From a virus (taxonomy: Duplodnaviria; Caudoviricetes): a DNA stretch of 35,432 bases. The translations under genes were made by a program, and so were the position numbers. How positions within the stretch are numbered: position 1 is the first letter of the stretch; each line of letters begins with the position of its first letter. The DNA is taken from positions 1 to 35,432 of IMG/VR virus record IMGVR_UViG_3300048576_000618. One strand, written 5' to 3'. Shown piece by piece: positions 24,370 to 33,480 of this stretch. Under the pieces are notes generated by a model, which was not told the origin of the DNA, ran no database searches, and saw nothing but the letters and a program-made list of their open reading frames with translations.

Positions 24370-25869
24370 TTATGCCGGTGTTGGTTCGTTAAGTGCAAAG
24401 CTATTTTGGCGAGATGTGGCCGAATCCTGTTCTTTAAGGTACTGGTCATAGTCAGAATCAGGATCCTGCGTCATCCCGGCTTTTTGGAAGCTGGCCTTTT
24501 GGGACATCACAGCATTTCCACCGTTAGCGTCAGACCAAATCTTTAGCTCTGCCGCTTCATCCCGAATGATGTACGGAGTGATAACCGGCTCAACAAATAA
24601 GTTTTCGGCATCCGTAGCAAGTTTTGTGTTGAACTTTCCGATGTATGCCTTTACCACGTTAATCCGACGTTGTAGATACTCGTCGAAAACCTCCTGATGA
24701 TCGGCAACCTTCAGGTGAGCATCCATGAACAGAAGTTTCAAAGCAATGCCAGATATTGCACCGAGGCCTTTCACGGCTTCAAATGAAATGTCAGGCGTTT
24801 GCGTTATTGTGTATATCATTCGAAGAAGCGTTTCAATCTCGAGTTTAACGGCTTCTGGCGCGTTATCCCATGAAAGATATTTTGCATCCGCTTCACCGTC
24901 TGCTTGGATGATTGCACCAGACTCCCCTTTCTTTGCAAAGCCTTTTAATTCTCCTTTTACGAATATCTTAGGTGAAGCAAAGTAATCGTTAGTATCGGCA
25001 AAATTGGATAGCAATTTTTCGAGTCGGTCAATGAGATTCTGAACGTCTTCCCACTCAACGTGTTGCTGATGTCCATATATCACGGGTATTTTTCCGATTG
25101 CATTTTCGGCTGGGTACCCATCTACAAGGGTATATCCGCCGTCAGACAATGCCCACAAAAAGTGAAACTTGTCAGTGTATGTTTCAAAATAGCTTGTTGT
25201 TTTTTGGTTATGATCCTTAATGGAAAATGCACGTGAAAAAGCTACCATATCGCCAGTTTCGTCAAAATACGGATACAGCGTATCTCCGCGCATGGGAGAA
25301 AATATGCCACATCTCAATTTGAAATTACTATCAAACCCGTAAATTGAATTTTCTTTTTGTATCGGGTACCATACTTCGGCAACTTCTGTTGAACTGAACA
25401 ATTCCCTTGCCACCCTGCGGTTGAATGATCGTTCTTTCACGTCGTACATGACCCGCTTAAGTGCTTTCATTACAATCTTTTCGTTGTCATTTTCAGGGGT
25501 TGCATCCAATTCAACAGGATTGCCAAATATGAAAGAAACGGCACGTTTTACAATCAGTTTTTGAATCGCCAATGCCACACGGGCGACCGGTTCAAGCCTA
25601 TAGCCTGACTGTCGTGCTGCTCCTGCCGTCACATTCAGCACTGTTTCATTTTCAGGGTAATAATCCGGATCATCAGGGTCGATCTTTATTTTTTTGTCAG
25701 GCCGCTTTATACGGTTGCAAACGTCATGCTCTTTTGGGTTAAGCCCTTTTTTTGAAAGTTCAACATTTGGCAAATCAATGTATCTTTTTGACTTTAACTC
25801 GTCAATCACTTTTGAAAAGTCAAGTTCTTCACCTTCTGGTGCAATAAATAAGTCGTTAACATCTGGCAT
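24370..25869 (-). CDS. Portal protein (SPP1 gp6-like)
   Basis: FIFGNPV, N.IGKIPV.Y, LID..E...S...D..DYF..P and SG.ALK motifs. Follows the large terminase. Confidence 0.93.
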   Translation of the reverse strand: MPDVNDLFIAPEGEELDFSKVIDELKSKRYIDLPNVELSKKGLNPKEHDVCNRIKRPDKKIKIDPDDPDYYPENETVLNVTAGAARQSGYRLEPVARVALAIQKLIVKRAVSFIFGNPVELDATPENDNEKIVMKALKRVMYDVKERSFNRRVARELFSSTEVAEVWYPIQKENSIYGFDSNFKLRCGIFSPMRGDTLYPYFDETGDMVAFSRAFSIKDHNQKTTSYFETYTDKFHFLWALSDGGYTLVDGYPAENAIGKIPVIYGHQQHVEWEDVQNLIDRLEKLLSNFADTNDYFASPKIFVKGELKGFAKKGESGAIIQADGEADAKYLSWDNAPEAVKLEIETLLRMIYTITQTPDISFEAVKGLGAISGIALKLLFMDAHLKVADHQEVFDEYLQRRINVVKAYIGKFNTKLATDAENLFVEPVITPYIIRDEAAELKIWSDANGGNAVMSQKASFQKAGMTQDPDSDYDQYLKEQDSATSRQNSFALNEPTPA

Positions 25870-25885
25870 AGTATTGTGTGTTAAA

Positions 25886-25900
25886 GTATCACAGTGATAC
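25886..25900. promoter_or_regulatory. Operator palindrome GTATCACAGTGATAC between terminase and portal genes
   Basis: Perfect 7-1-7 palindrome in a 39-nt gap. A minus-strand TATTTTTG lies at 25910-25917, overlapping the terL stop. Confidence 0.7.
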
Positions 25901-25908
25901 GTTTATAA

Positions 25909-27381
25909 TCAAAAATATCCGGTAAGATCCTTTGCGGCTCCGTTAGATTTTCCTCTCCATTCTACGGTACCGGTTAAGCAGTCCGGGGCGTCGTCATGCT
26001 TGTTCTTGCCTACTTTCATATAGTTTGTTATGTCATTATAAAACTCTGGCCACATCTTCTCCCAACCAGTAGGGAAATAAACAAGATTCTGAACGTCTGC
26101 CGACTTTGAGAATATCCTAATAGATTTGTTTTCGGTTTGCGTGAACCATTTGAAAGTAGTTTTGTTGTTTCCAATGATCCTACATTGATCTTCAACTTTT
26201 CTCGCAAACCCTCGACCTCCATTGTTTGATTCAACGATAGCTCTTTCAATTACATGTTTTGAAAACATTTCGGCTGTCTTGGGTTCTGTGTACTCCATCG
26301 GCTTCTGAGTATATAAAACATCTGTAACATAATTAGCGACGTCTGTTTCCACGTAGCATATAGAGCACAAATAATCGCTTCCCGTGTCTGCCGTATCTGT
26401 ATAGCTCTTTTTGATAGCCTTTTTGCAATACGGTATTACATCGTAAGTCCTAAAGCCTTGTTCATACATAAGCCCTTCGAGTGGCTTCGGGTTTTGCTGA
26501 TAAAGAGACTCAAATACGTGATTGTTTTTTCTCCTTGCAGCCTTTAGCTTATCCAGGCTATGACGCTCTGGCCATAATGGTTCTCCTTCATGTCTTGGGT
26601 CGTATTCCGTGGGCTTTCCTATTTTAATTGCCTGATATATAATTACTACCCATCCATCAGGATTTTCTATAGGGTCATATATTCCCTGTTCTTTAAGTAG
26701 TCTTCCGGCAAGGTCGTCTTGATGCCAACGCGTGAACACGATCAGCTGTTGAGAATCGTTGTGTAAACGGGTATCGGCAACTGTGTCATACCAATCGCTT
26801 ACAGTTTCACGAATAGTTGGCGACCATGCTGTTTTTGCATCTTTGTACAGGTCGTCCATTATCAGCGTATCCACAGGATCCCCCGTTAATGGTCCGCCTA
26901 CACCAACAGTCTTGCAGCCGCCTCTATGTCCTACTATTTCAAATTCATCCGATGTCCGTATGTAATTATCCCTGTTTGGATCTTCCGTATAATCTGATCC
27001 AGCTAAACATGTTTTTGGGAATATATCGTGGTACTCTTCAGTGTTGATTATACGCTGAATTTCCCTGTTGAATTTCCGTGCCTTTGGTGCGTTGTATGAC
27101 ACTACCGCAATCTTTCTGTCAGGGTCTTTCCCTAATAGATATGCAGGAAGGCGTCTTGTTGATCCTTCAGACTTACCATGCTGCGGAGGCATGAATACCA
27201 TCAGCTTTTTTATATTACCATCCGCAAAATCGGTAAGGACGCCATAATATCGCTTTTGAAAATCGACAGGTTTGAAAGTTGGCATTGTTGCCTTTGTGAA
27301 TGAAAACAGACTGGTGCGACTTTTACGCATCAACCTTTCATTCAACATAGATAGATATTCCAACTTTTCACGCTTATTCAT
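25909..27381 (-). CDS. terL: Terminase large subunit
   Basis: Walker A MPPQHGKS, Walker B LIMDD, TRWHQDDL, YQQNP, and nuclease motifs D.A..G.DY / HDDAPD. Confidence 0.96.
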   Translation of the reverse strand: MNKREKLEYLSMLNERLMRKSRTSLFSFTKATMPTFKPVDFQKRYYGVLTDFADGNIKKLMVFMPPQHGKSEGSTRRLPAYLLGKDPDRKIAVVSYNAPKARKFNREIQRIINTEEYHDIFPKTCLAGSDYTEDPNRDNYIRTSDEFEIVGHRGGCKTVGVGGPLTGDPVDTLIMDDLYKDAKTAWSPTIRETVSDWYDTVADTRLHNDSQQLIVFTRWHQDDLAGRLLKEQGIYDPIENPDGWVVIIYQAIKIGKPTEYDPRHEGEPLWPERHSLDKLKAARRKNNHVFESLYQQNPKPLEGLMYEQGFRTYDVIPYCKKAIKKSYTDTADTGSDYLCSICYVETDVANYVTDVLYTQKPMEYTEPKTAEMFSKHVIERAIVESNNGGRGFARKVEDQCRIIGNNKTTFKWFTQTENKSIRIFSKSADVQNLVYFPTGWEKMWPEFYNDITNYMKVGKNKHDDAPDCLTGTVEWRGKSNGAAKDLTGYF

Positions 27382-27899
27382 CCATTCAATTTCCGCAATG
27401 TTTCTTCGATTTTTTGATCGAGCTCTTCATCTGTCATGCCCGAATACTTCCCAAATAGATCTTTTCCCCCTTTGCCGGTTACTTCGTTGTTAACCCTGTT
27501 TTGATATTCACCAGAGGCTTTGTTAGTAAGGGCAAACACTATGGCTGCCGTATCGGGTTGAAAATGTTTCTTGATTATGGTTTGCTCCTTGATTTTGGCT
27601 TTCGGCTTTCTGGTTACCGGATCCACCTCTTTTGAATCGACATACAAGGTCTTTGTTTCGTCAACAGTATAACCGTTGATCTTCTTTCTGAGTGAGTTTT
27701 TAGCTTCTTTTACAAGGATCTCGTCAAATTGATCTTGTGCGCGCGCGATGGCTTCTGCAAATTCTGATTTTTCTTCCTTCCATGTATAGAATGAACGCTC
27801 TGATATTCCGACAGTTAAACATATTTCTGCAATCGTGTAAGTGTCAGAGCTTATCAGCTTACAAATTCTATTAACAATCTTTTTGCTGTACTTTGCCAT
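27378..27899 (-). CDS. terS: Terminase small subunit
   Basis: N-terminal HTH (IAEIC..VGISERSFY.W) and PDTAAIVF.L.N; overlaps the terL start. Confidence 0.85.
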   Translation of the reverse strand: MAKYSKKIVNRICKLISSDTYTIAEICLTVGISERSFYTWKEEKSEFAEAIARAQDQFDEILVKEAKNSLRKKINGYTVDETKTLYVDSKEVDPVTRKPKAKIKEQTIIKKHFQPDTAAIVFALTNKASGEYQNRVNNEVTGKGGKDLFGKYSGMTDEELDQKIEETLRKLNG

Positions 27900-27903
27900 G
27901 GCA

Positions 27904-28455
27904 TTACTCTTTTAGTTCGCATTTAAAGCCTCTATCCTGTAACTCAGAGAAAAGCAAAGAAAGTTTTGCAACATCTTCGCATTCCACCACAAGACGTGTT
28001 AATATTTCCTTTTTCACATCCGGTTCTTCCTTTTCTTCTTTTTCAAAGTCGACATTCACACCCCATTCTTCGGGCATAACTTCCCATTGTTCAGTAATCT
28101 TCTGAATATTTTCTTCGTCCCAGTCAAGATTAACCTTGCTTGTTGCATTGTCTGCAAGTGCCAGTTCACGCCCTCTTTTTGAATCAAGGTCAATATCTGT
28201 ACGCTTCACGGCAACAAGCTTTGTCCCGTCCGTTTCAACAACAATAACATCTTCAAGGCCAATAGAAGAAGCCGCTTCAATAGACTTATTTCCAGCGATA
28301 ATACGATTGTTCTTATCGAGAAGAATAGATCTTCCGGCTCCCAGTTCACTGAATGACTTTTCAATCAATCTATGCCCGTACTCGGTGCCTTTGTTTGCGT
28401 TCAGATCATCCGGCACAAGAATATCAATTTTAGATTGGGTAACTTTTTCTTTCAT
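27904..28455 (-). CDS. ParB/Srx-like N-terminal domain protein
   Basis: N.N.G...IEKS...G.GRSILLDKNNRIIAGN...LALADN. Probable start MKEKVT at 28455. Confidence 0.75.
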   Translation of the reverse strand: MKEKVTQSKIDILVPDDLNANKGTEYGHRLIEKSFSELGAGRSILLDKNNRIIAGNKSIEAASSIGLEDVIVVETDGTKLVAVKRTDIDLDSKRGRELALADNATSKVNLDWDEENIQKITEQWEVMPEEWGVNVDFEKEEKEEPDVKKEILTRLVVECEDVAKLSLLFSELQDRGFKCELKE

Positions 28456-28472
28456 AATAACTTGCTTTGATA

Positions 28473-28509
28473 CAAAATTAAAAAAGACGTACCAGAGTGA
28501 TACGTCTTT
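28473..28509 (-). promoter_or_regulatory. Packaging-operon promoter: -7 box TAATTTTG (28473-28480) with upstream operator GTACCAGAGTGATAC (28489-28503)
   Basis: Operator has 2 mismatches and is extended by flanking AAAGAC/GTCTTT. A TGATAC half-site at 28468-28473 abuts the -7 box. Confidence 0.7.
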
Positions 28510-28561
28510 AGGCAAAAAGATATGATTTTTTTATGTGGCTAATGGTGGTTCATCACCGGTT

Positions 28562-29152
28562 TCATAATGTTTCAAATTTGCGTTCTTTGGTGCGAGTGTC
28601 AACTTCCTGATCTTTAATTTCCGATACGTATTGGATCATCTTCATCCTATACCATTGAAACCATGCCCATTTGTCAAAAAATCCTCCATTTGAAAGATAT
28701 TCTTTTATTTCTCCGGATAACGTAGCACGAAGCATGTAGAACCAGTACGGGTCATAACATACGGATAACTTATCGGCAAAGCAAAGTTTAGATGGGAATG
28801 CACCGGCTTTTTTTGCGTAAAATCGTGAGTGGTATAGCGAAAAGTCATGCCATTTAAATGATCTGAATTCTCGTTTAACTTCAACAAAAGACCCTATTCG
28901 AGTGTTTGTGCATGTTACCTTCCATTTATCAAATACGTGCATGATCTTTGCTCCAAATTCCGGATGTTTCTCACCTTCTTCTCCGTCCATATTTGGACAT
29001 CCAAAATAACCAAGATCATGCACAAAAAATGCAATCCAAATGCGTGGATCCCATGGGAAATCATATAATTTAACCCACGATATCGCTACTACGATTGGGT
29101 GCCACCAAAATGCGTGCACTCCGAATAAAACTGATTTAGTTCCTACTTTCAT
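28562..29152 (-). CDS. HD-domain-like metal-dependent phosphohydrolase
   Basis: H...VHDLG...HP..GA...YH...ADK spacing. Probable start MKVGTK at 29152, ATGA-coupled to the upstream gene. Confidence 0.55.
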   Translation of the reverse strand: MKVGTKSVLFGVHAFWWHPIVVAISWVKLYDFPWDPRIWIAFFVHDLGYFGCPNMDGEEGEKHPEFGAKIMHVFDKWKVTCTNTRIGSFVEVKREFRSFKWHDFSLYHSRFYAKKAGAFPSKLCFADKLSVCYDPYWFYMLRATLSGEIKEYLSNGGFFDKWAWFQWYRMKMIQYVSEIKDQEVDTRTKERKFETL

Positions 29153-29400
29153 GGTTCTGTGCAATTTTCAGGTTTAAGAAACGACATCATAATAGGGTGA
29201 AAATTTTGTCTAAACGTCAAAACAGTGATCCAAACCTTGCCGGTTTCTGCAACTTGTTTGCGTTCTTCTTCATCAAGTTCACAGCACATAGTTACCGGTG
29301 TTGTAGGATCTTCAAGATCAATATACACTGGCAGCGTTTCGTATTCAGGCTGATTCTCAGCAATACAAACATTTACTTCTGGAAATTCAATTGCTTTCAT
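29149..29400 (-). CDS. Hypothetical phage protein, 83 aa
   Basis: Probable start MKAIEF at 29400; QPEY.TLP motif. Confidence 0.7.
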   Translation of the reverse strand: MKAIEFPEVNVCIAENQPEYETLPVYIDLEDPTTPVTMCCELDEEERKQVAETGKVWITVLTFRQNFHPIMMSFLKPENCTEP

Positions 29401-29401
29401 G

Positions 29402-29659
29402 TCAATAAGCATTAGTAATTACCACATCGCCAGAAACTTCAACAAGTTTGCCTGTCGATTTATCCTTAAAAAAGTAGCCGTCTGATTCTTTCTCAGTTGA
29501 TACTTTTCCCGTAGAAGTCCATTCGCGCACCAGCTTTCCACCAGAATACATTTCAACCTTGAACGAATTTCCATAGTTGGCGAGATACTTTTCTTTTACT
29601 GCATCTGTGCATGATAGAGCTGAAATGCCAATAACGAGTAATAAAAAAATCTTTTTCAT
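29402..29659 (-). CDS. Small lipoprotein
   Basis: MKKIFLLLVIGISALSC lipobox. Confidence 0.75.
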   Translation of the reverse strand: MKKIFLLLVIGISALSCTDAVKEKYLANYGNSFKVEMYSGGKLVREWTSTGKVSTEKESDGYFFKDKSTGKLVEVSGDVVITNAY

Positions 29660-29692
29660 GTTGTTGGTGACTTGCCTATACAGTCGAGGTTT

Positions 29693-30181
29693 TTAACTAT
29701 TAATCAATAATTTAAGTTGTGTATCAACTTTGTAATTTTTGAAACTGAATATCTGTGGCTTGATTTCAATCCTTCTCATAATTGAATCAATGATATTCAT
29801 TTCAAAACGACTATTTTTTACCATTATTTCAGGTTTTACGACCTCTGTGATCTTGTTATTATTGTCAACGTAAAGCAATCCCCAGCCTTTTGGCAAATCA
29901 CTTTCCTTAATAATTCCAGCAGGGCACAAATAGCTTCTGTAGTCTCCTACGTCGTTAGCCGGATAGATCCTGTGTGATTTCTTTAAGTCGGCCAAAAAAT
30001 CGCTTCGTGATACTTTTACTTCAATCTGCTGTGTCTTATCACATCCAAACCCAAAAATATCAGGTTCGCACGGTATAAGGCATGTTATCTCAACGACCAC
30101 GTATTTAGGTTTATTCCATCTTACAATTCCGTGAGATTTAAGCCATTTTGCGCCTAAAAAACAAAGTTCTGTGTGTGTCAT
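29693..30181 (-). CDS. PD-(D/E)xK nuclease-fold protein (MmcB-like)
   Basis: EPD..G...IEVKVSRSDF.AD..K and LP.GWGL motifs. Confidence 0.75.
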   Translation of the reverse strand: MTHTELCFLGAKWLKSHGIVRWNKPKYVVVEITCLIPCEPDIFGFGCDKTQQIEVKVSRSDFLADLKKSHRIYPANDVGDYRSYLCPAGIIKESDLPKGWGLLYVDNNNKITEVVKPEIMVKNSRFEMNIIDSIMRRIEIKPQIFSFKNYKVDTQLKLLINS

Positions 30182-30198
30182 ACACCTATTGATTGAAC

Positions 30199-30693
30199 CT
30201 ATTTAACTCTGATCAGATAGCCGACATATGCCCATGCTATCAATGCCGCGTCTCGTTCCTCCTGATTCGTCCTATTTGGCAATCCGGGGATGAATTGCGA
30301 AATCTCTTCATGCGTTATTTTGCCGTCTTTTCCTTTCCAGCACTTTCGTAATGGTGGCACTTCCTGAACATTTATCCCGTAATGCCTACACATTTCAACG
30401 ATCTTTCTGCCTGTCTCGTGGTTTCGTCCTGTCTTGTTTCCTATTGCAGCTGCGTACTTGTGGTTTTGTCCTGTTGACGTGTGCCAGTTATGGAAGATAA
30501 GCCATGATGCTTCAACATAGACGATAAAACTTTGAGACAACTTGTCTGCGCATTCCTTTTCTGACTTTATCTGGTCAATGAGAGTCGGAAAAGAAAGAGC
30601 AATAACATACATTGAACTGTCATGCGTACTTAAAAACGCCAGCCCCGATTTGTCGCAATCAGGGTCAATTGCTATAATACGATCGTATTTCAT
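30199..30693 (-). CDS. RuvC-like Holliday junction resolvase
   Basis: IAIDP, VYVE, P..W and ERDAA catalytic pattern. Confidence 0.7.
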   Translation of the reverse strand: MKYDRIIAIDPDCDKSGLAFLSTHDSSMYVIALSFPTLIDQIKSEKECADKLSQSFIVYVEASWLIFHNWHTSTGQNHKYAAAIGNKTGRNHETGRKIVEMCRHYGINVQEVPPLRKCWKGKDGKITHEEISQFIPGLPNRTNQEERDAALIAWAYVGYLIRVK

Positions 30694-30703
30694 AATCTAA
30701 TTA

Positions 30704-31480
30704 TTATAGTTCTAATTTTGTTTGATGATCTCTCATAAAGCAATATTCTTTAATGGACAAATCACTAAGCCACCATTTTACGGCATCTTTTCCAGACTTA
30801 AATCTTTTTGCAAATCCGCATTCAGGATTTAGATCAATTACTTTCTGACAAGTGTTTTCATAAGCTTTTTTTACATTAGGATATTGCTCTAATTCTTTCG
30901 CTTGATTATGACTTATCGGGCATCCTATGCAACCTATACGCATTTGCGATTTATATAAAGAACAGGCAGAAATATTTCTTGATGCCAGAAAACTCCATAC
31001 GTCTGTGTCTTTCCAATCTAAAATTGGGGCAAATAAATTTTTATCACATCCATTCTTGCACGAAAATGTAATTTCTTGCCAATTTTCTCTTTTTTTACTT
31101 TCGGAATGTCGAACTCCAATTATAGCAACTCGATTTAACGCATTTCTCTCCTTAATAAATTCACAACAATACCTGCCCATCCGTGTTGGCAAACATTTCT
31201 TTTTCAAAATCAATTGAAACATTGTCATTTTAGGGCGTAACCAAATTACATCAGGATAATTTTCACGAATAAATAAAAGCAACTCCTTCGGATCAACGCT
31301 TGTTTTATAAAAAAACGCCTGGAACTTAACTCCTGCCATCTTGGCGAGCTCATAAATTACCTGACTATCTTTCCCACCCGAAAACGCTAAATGAAACCCA
31401 TCATCGGAATACTTCAGTGCAAGATTCTCTGTTTTTTGAATCAAAGCGATTGAATGATTTATTTTTTCTTGTAGTGTCAT
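30704..31480 (-). CDS. PAPS-reductase-family protein
   Basis: FSGGKDS, RYCC, GVR..ES..R, PILDW and RIGCIGCP motifs. Probable start MTLQEK at 31480. Confidence 0.9.
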   Translation of the reverse strand: MTLQEKINHSIALIQKTENLALKYSDDGFHLAFSGGKDSQVIYELAKMAGVKFQAFFYKTSVDPKELLLFIRENYPDVIWLRPKMTMFQLILKKKCLPTRMGRYCCEFIKERNALNRVAIIGVRHSESKKRENWQEITFSCKNGCDKNLFAPILDWKDTDVWSFLASRNISACSLYKSQMRIGCIGCPISHNQAKELEQYPNVKKAYENTCQKVIDLNPECGFAKRFKSGKDAVKWWLSDLSIKEYCFMRDHQTKLEL

Positions 31481-31481
31481 A

Positions 31482-31496
31482 GTATTACAGTGATAC
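31482..31496. promoter_or_regulatory. Operator GTATTACAGTGATAC overlapping the stop of the DUF4406-HTH gene
   Basis: 1 mismatch to the palindrome; 1 nt upstream of the PAPS-reductase ATG. Confidence 0.6.
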
Positions 31497-32075
31497 AGTT
31501 TTGGATATGATTTCGTTGACTTTGTAATAAATCTCACGAAATGATTTGTTGTATTTGACTTCGTCGTCAAAATTCTTCAGATAACGATGAATTGTACATC
31601 TGTCGCGATGAACGATATTTACAAGATCTTCAGGAAGCATAAATAATACATCAACGCAATATTTCACGAATAATACACGAGCGTAGTAACATGGTCTGAA
31701 CCGTCTGGATGTTGTATATTCGTCAATGTCAAGACCGATAACTTCACGTATAGCATCTTTCACATCCATAACGACCGTTTGATTAACGTCAATCTCGTTG
31801 AGTATTGTCATGTTCATTTGTTGGGCAATATAACGCTCGATTCTGGCACCTTTGGAGTCAGTCCAGTCCCTCAAAAGAAGAATAGCATCACAATCCATCA
31901 AATTTGATATTGATTCTTTCATCATATCCGCCCAGCTTTTTGATTGATCCGCCCAGCTCATTGGATTAACGGGATCCATGCCTATATTTGCTATTAATGA
32001 GGCTGCACCATCAAATTTTGCCTGAACTTTTTCAAGTTCCAAACCTGTTATTTTTCCCGATATGTATGTTCTCAT
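31485..32075 (-). CDS. DUF4406 (nucleoside deoxyribosyltransferase-like) domain fused to a C-terminal HTH
   Basis: YISG.ITG...CDAI.LL.DW..S.GA..E; C-terminal HRDRCTIHRY resembles a DnaA domain IV-like HTH. Confidence 0.8.
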   Translation of the reverse strand: MRTYISGKITGLELEKVQAKFDGAASLIANIGMDPVNPMSWADQSKSWADMMKESISNLMDCDAILLLRDWTDSKGARIERYIAQQMNMTILNEIDVNQTVVMDVKDAIREVIGLDIDEYTTSRRFRPCYYARVLFVKYCVDVLFMLPEDLVNIVHRDRCTIHRYLKNFDDEVKYNKSFREIYYKVNEIISKTVSL

Positions 32076-32077
32076 GA

Positions 32078-32737
32078 TTAATAGTTTGTGTTTCTGATTC
32101 TGTGTTTTTTTAAGCTCATAATCACTTTTTTACGGATTTTCTTTTCGGCTTTCATCCGTTCCCATTGTTCGCTTGTAATTGCGTTTTTTGCCCACTCATC
32201 CCGTTTAGCTTTCTGTTCTTTTTTTTGAATCTCGTCAATCTTTGCGCGCCGGTATTCGAGAAATTTTCTTAAAGCATCCGTTACAACAAGATTATCAAAA
32301 ATGCCATAGAACTTTCCGTATTCGCCAGATTTGAACTTCTGAAAGAAAACCATCAGTTCTGTAGCCTTCAAGTAGCCAAATGCGCTTAAAATCGTTTTTG
32401 CAAGCATTTCTACCTGTTTTATGTACTCGGAATCTTCAGCTTTCTTTACCCCAGAGAAAAACGCAAGGTCGTTTATTTGAATTTCAAGCCATATCTCTGC
32501 CGTTGGCTCTCCAAAGGTTCCCGATATTCTTGAAAGACTTGGAGCTTCCCCCATAAAGCACTTATCAATATTCCGGCAATAATCAATTTGTTTCCCAGGA
32601 TTAAACAGCTTCAGAAATTTCTCACCGCTTTCATACCTGGTTATTATTGCTGTTTTCCAGTTTTGACTTGATGTGGTCGACAAATGCCTGTTGTCTTGTA
32701 GAACTTGCGGGAGAATATCCCCTATCTTTTGAATCAT
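32078..32737 (-). CDS. Replication protein (helicase loader/inhibitor-like)
   Basis: LK.TEL..FF..FK.G.YGKFYG motif; directly follows the initiator. Confidence 0.6.
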   Translation of the reverse strand: MIQKIGDILPQVLQDNRHLSTTSSQNWKTAIITRYESGEKFLKLFNPGKQIDYCRNIDKCFMGEAPSLSRISGTFGEPTAEIWLEIQINDLAFFSGVKKAEDSEYIKQVEMLAKTILSAFGYLKATELMVFFQKFKSGEYGKFYGIFDNLVVTDALRKFLEYRRAKIDEIQKKEQKAKRDEWAKNAITSEQWERMKAEKKIRKKVIMSLKKHRIRNTNY

Positions 32738-33422
32738 ATCCGTTTTTTGTTATCTCGTTAAAGTACCATTCCGCCTTAAATCCCTGCCAGCTTTTTTCAG
32801 CTGCCATCTTAACACATTTGTTGGCTTCCGCCCCCGTTTTGTTTATTTCTCTTACAAGAGCATCGAATGCTGTTTCTGTATTCGCCGCCCGTTTTGTTTT
32901 TCTTACCTGTAACCAGTCATTAGCTACTTTTTCATCAACACCCAAACCGATAATAAATTTTTTGAAATCAAATTTTTCGGTAGATGTATTAATACTTCTT
33001 TTCTTCTTTATTTCTTTACTTTCTTTATTTGTTATCGCTGGCGTTTCATCTGCGTTTCGTTCGCATGTCATTTGCGTTTCATCTGCGTTTTGATCTCCTT
33101 GATAACTTTCATAATTACAGATTGTTATCCGTGTCGTTTTATGCATATTTTCTGCCACAATCATCTTCTCACTTTTGAGCAAATCGAAAAAACGCTTTAC
33201 TTTGGATTTATCCCATAAAAACATCTTACCCCACGTCTCAAGAGAACGAATTGATTGCCCTCTTTTTACTTCTATTTTTTCGTTACCAATAAGCACGGAT
33301 TCATCACGATAGTTGGCAAAAGAAATCATATCTTCCCACGCCTCACGACGTGTGTGAGGACGGTTTTCTCTGTATAAAAAATTCTCATACGATTTACGAT
33401 GTAGTTTTATCCAACCTTCCAT
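32631..33422 (-). CDS. Replication initiator / replisome organiser
   Basis: GWIKLHR, RGQ...S...L...W.W, ITICNY..YQ, low-complexity linker and C-terminal W.G domain. Confidence 0.85.
   Translation of the reverse strand: MEGWIKLHRKSYENFLYRENRPHTRREAWEDMISFANYRDESVLIGNEKIEVKRGQSIRSLETWGKMFLWDKSKVKRFFDLLKSEKMIVAENMHKTTRITICNYESYQGDQNADETQMTCERNADETPAITNKESKEIKKKRSINTSTEKFDFKKFIIGLGVDEKVANDWLQVRKTKRAANTETAFDALVREINKTGAEANKCVKMAAEKSWQGFKAEWYFNEITKNGYDSKDRGYSPASSTRQQAFVDHIKSKLENSNNNQV
32995..33095. repeat. Putative replication origin: 11-bp phased iterons plus adjacent AT/pyrimidine tract
   Basis: GCGTTTCATCT-like units at 33041, 33052, 33063, 33074 and 33085; T-rich tract at ~32995-33032. Confidence 0.65.
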
Positions 33423-33440
33423 TTCGTTCGATTGTTATTT

Positions 33441-33469
33441 AAGCCCCCTGATACAATCACAGGGGGCTT
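33441..33469. terminator. GC-rich intergenic hairpin upstream of the initiator gene
   Basis: AAGCCCCCTG-N9-CAGGGGGCTT; no T-run on the coding strand. Confidence 0.5.
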
Positions 33470-33480
33470 GTTTCTGACGG

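Noticed and set aside
29669-29689. Mini-pseudoknot upstream of the lipoprotein start (CCT/AGG, GACT/AGTC)
   Set aside because: Stems of only 3-4 bp; not supportable without covariation.
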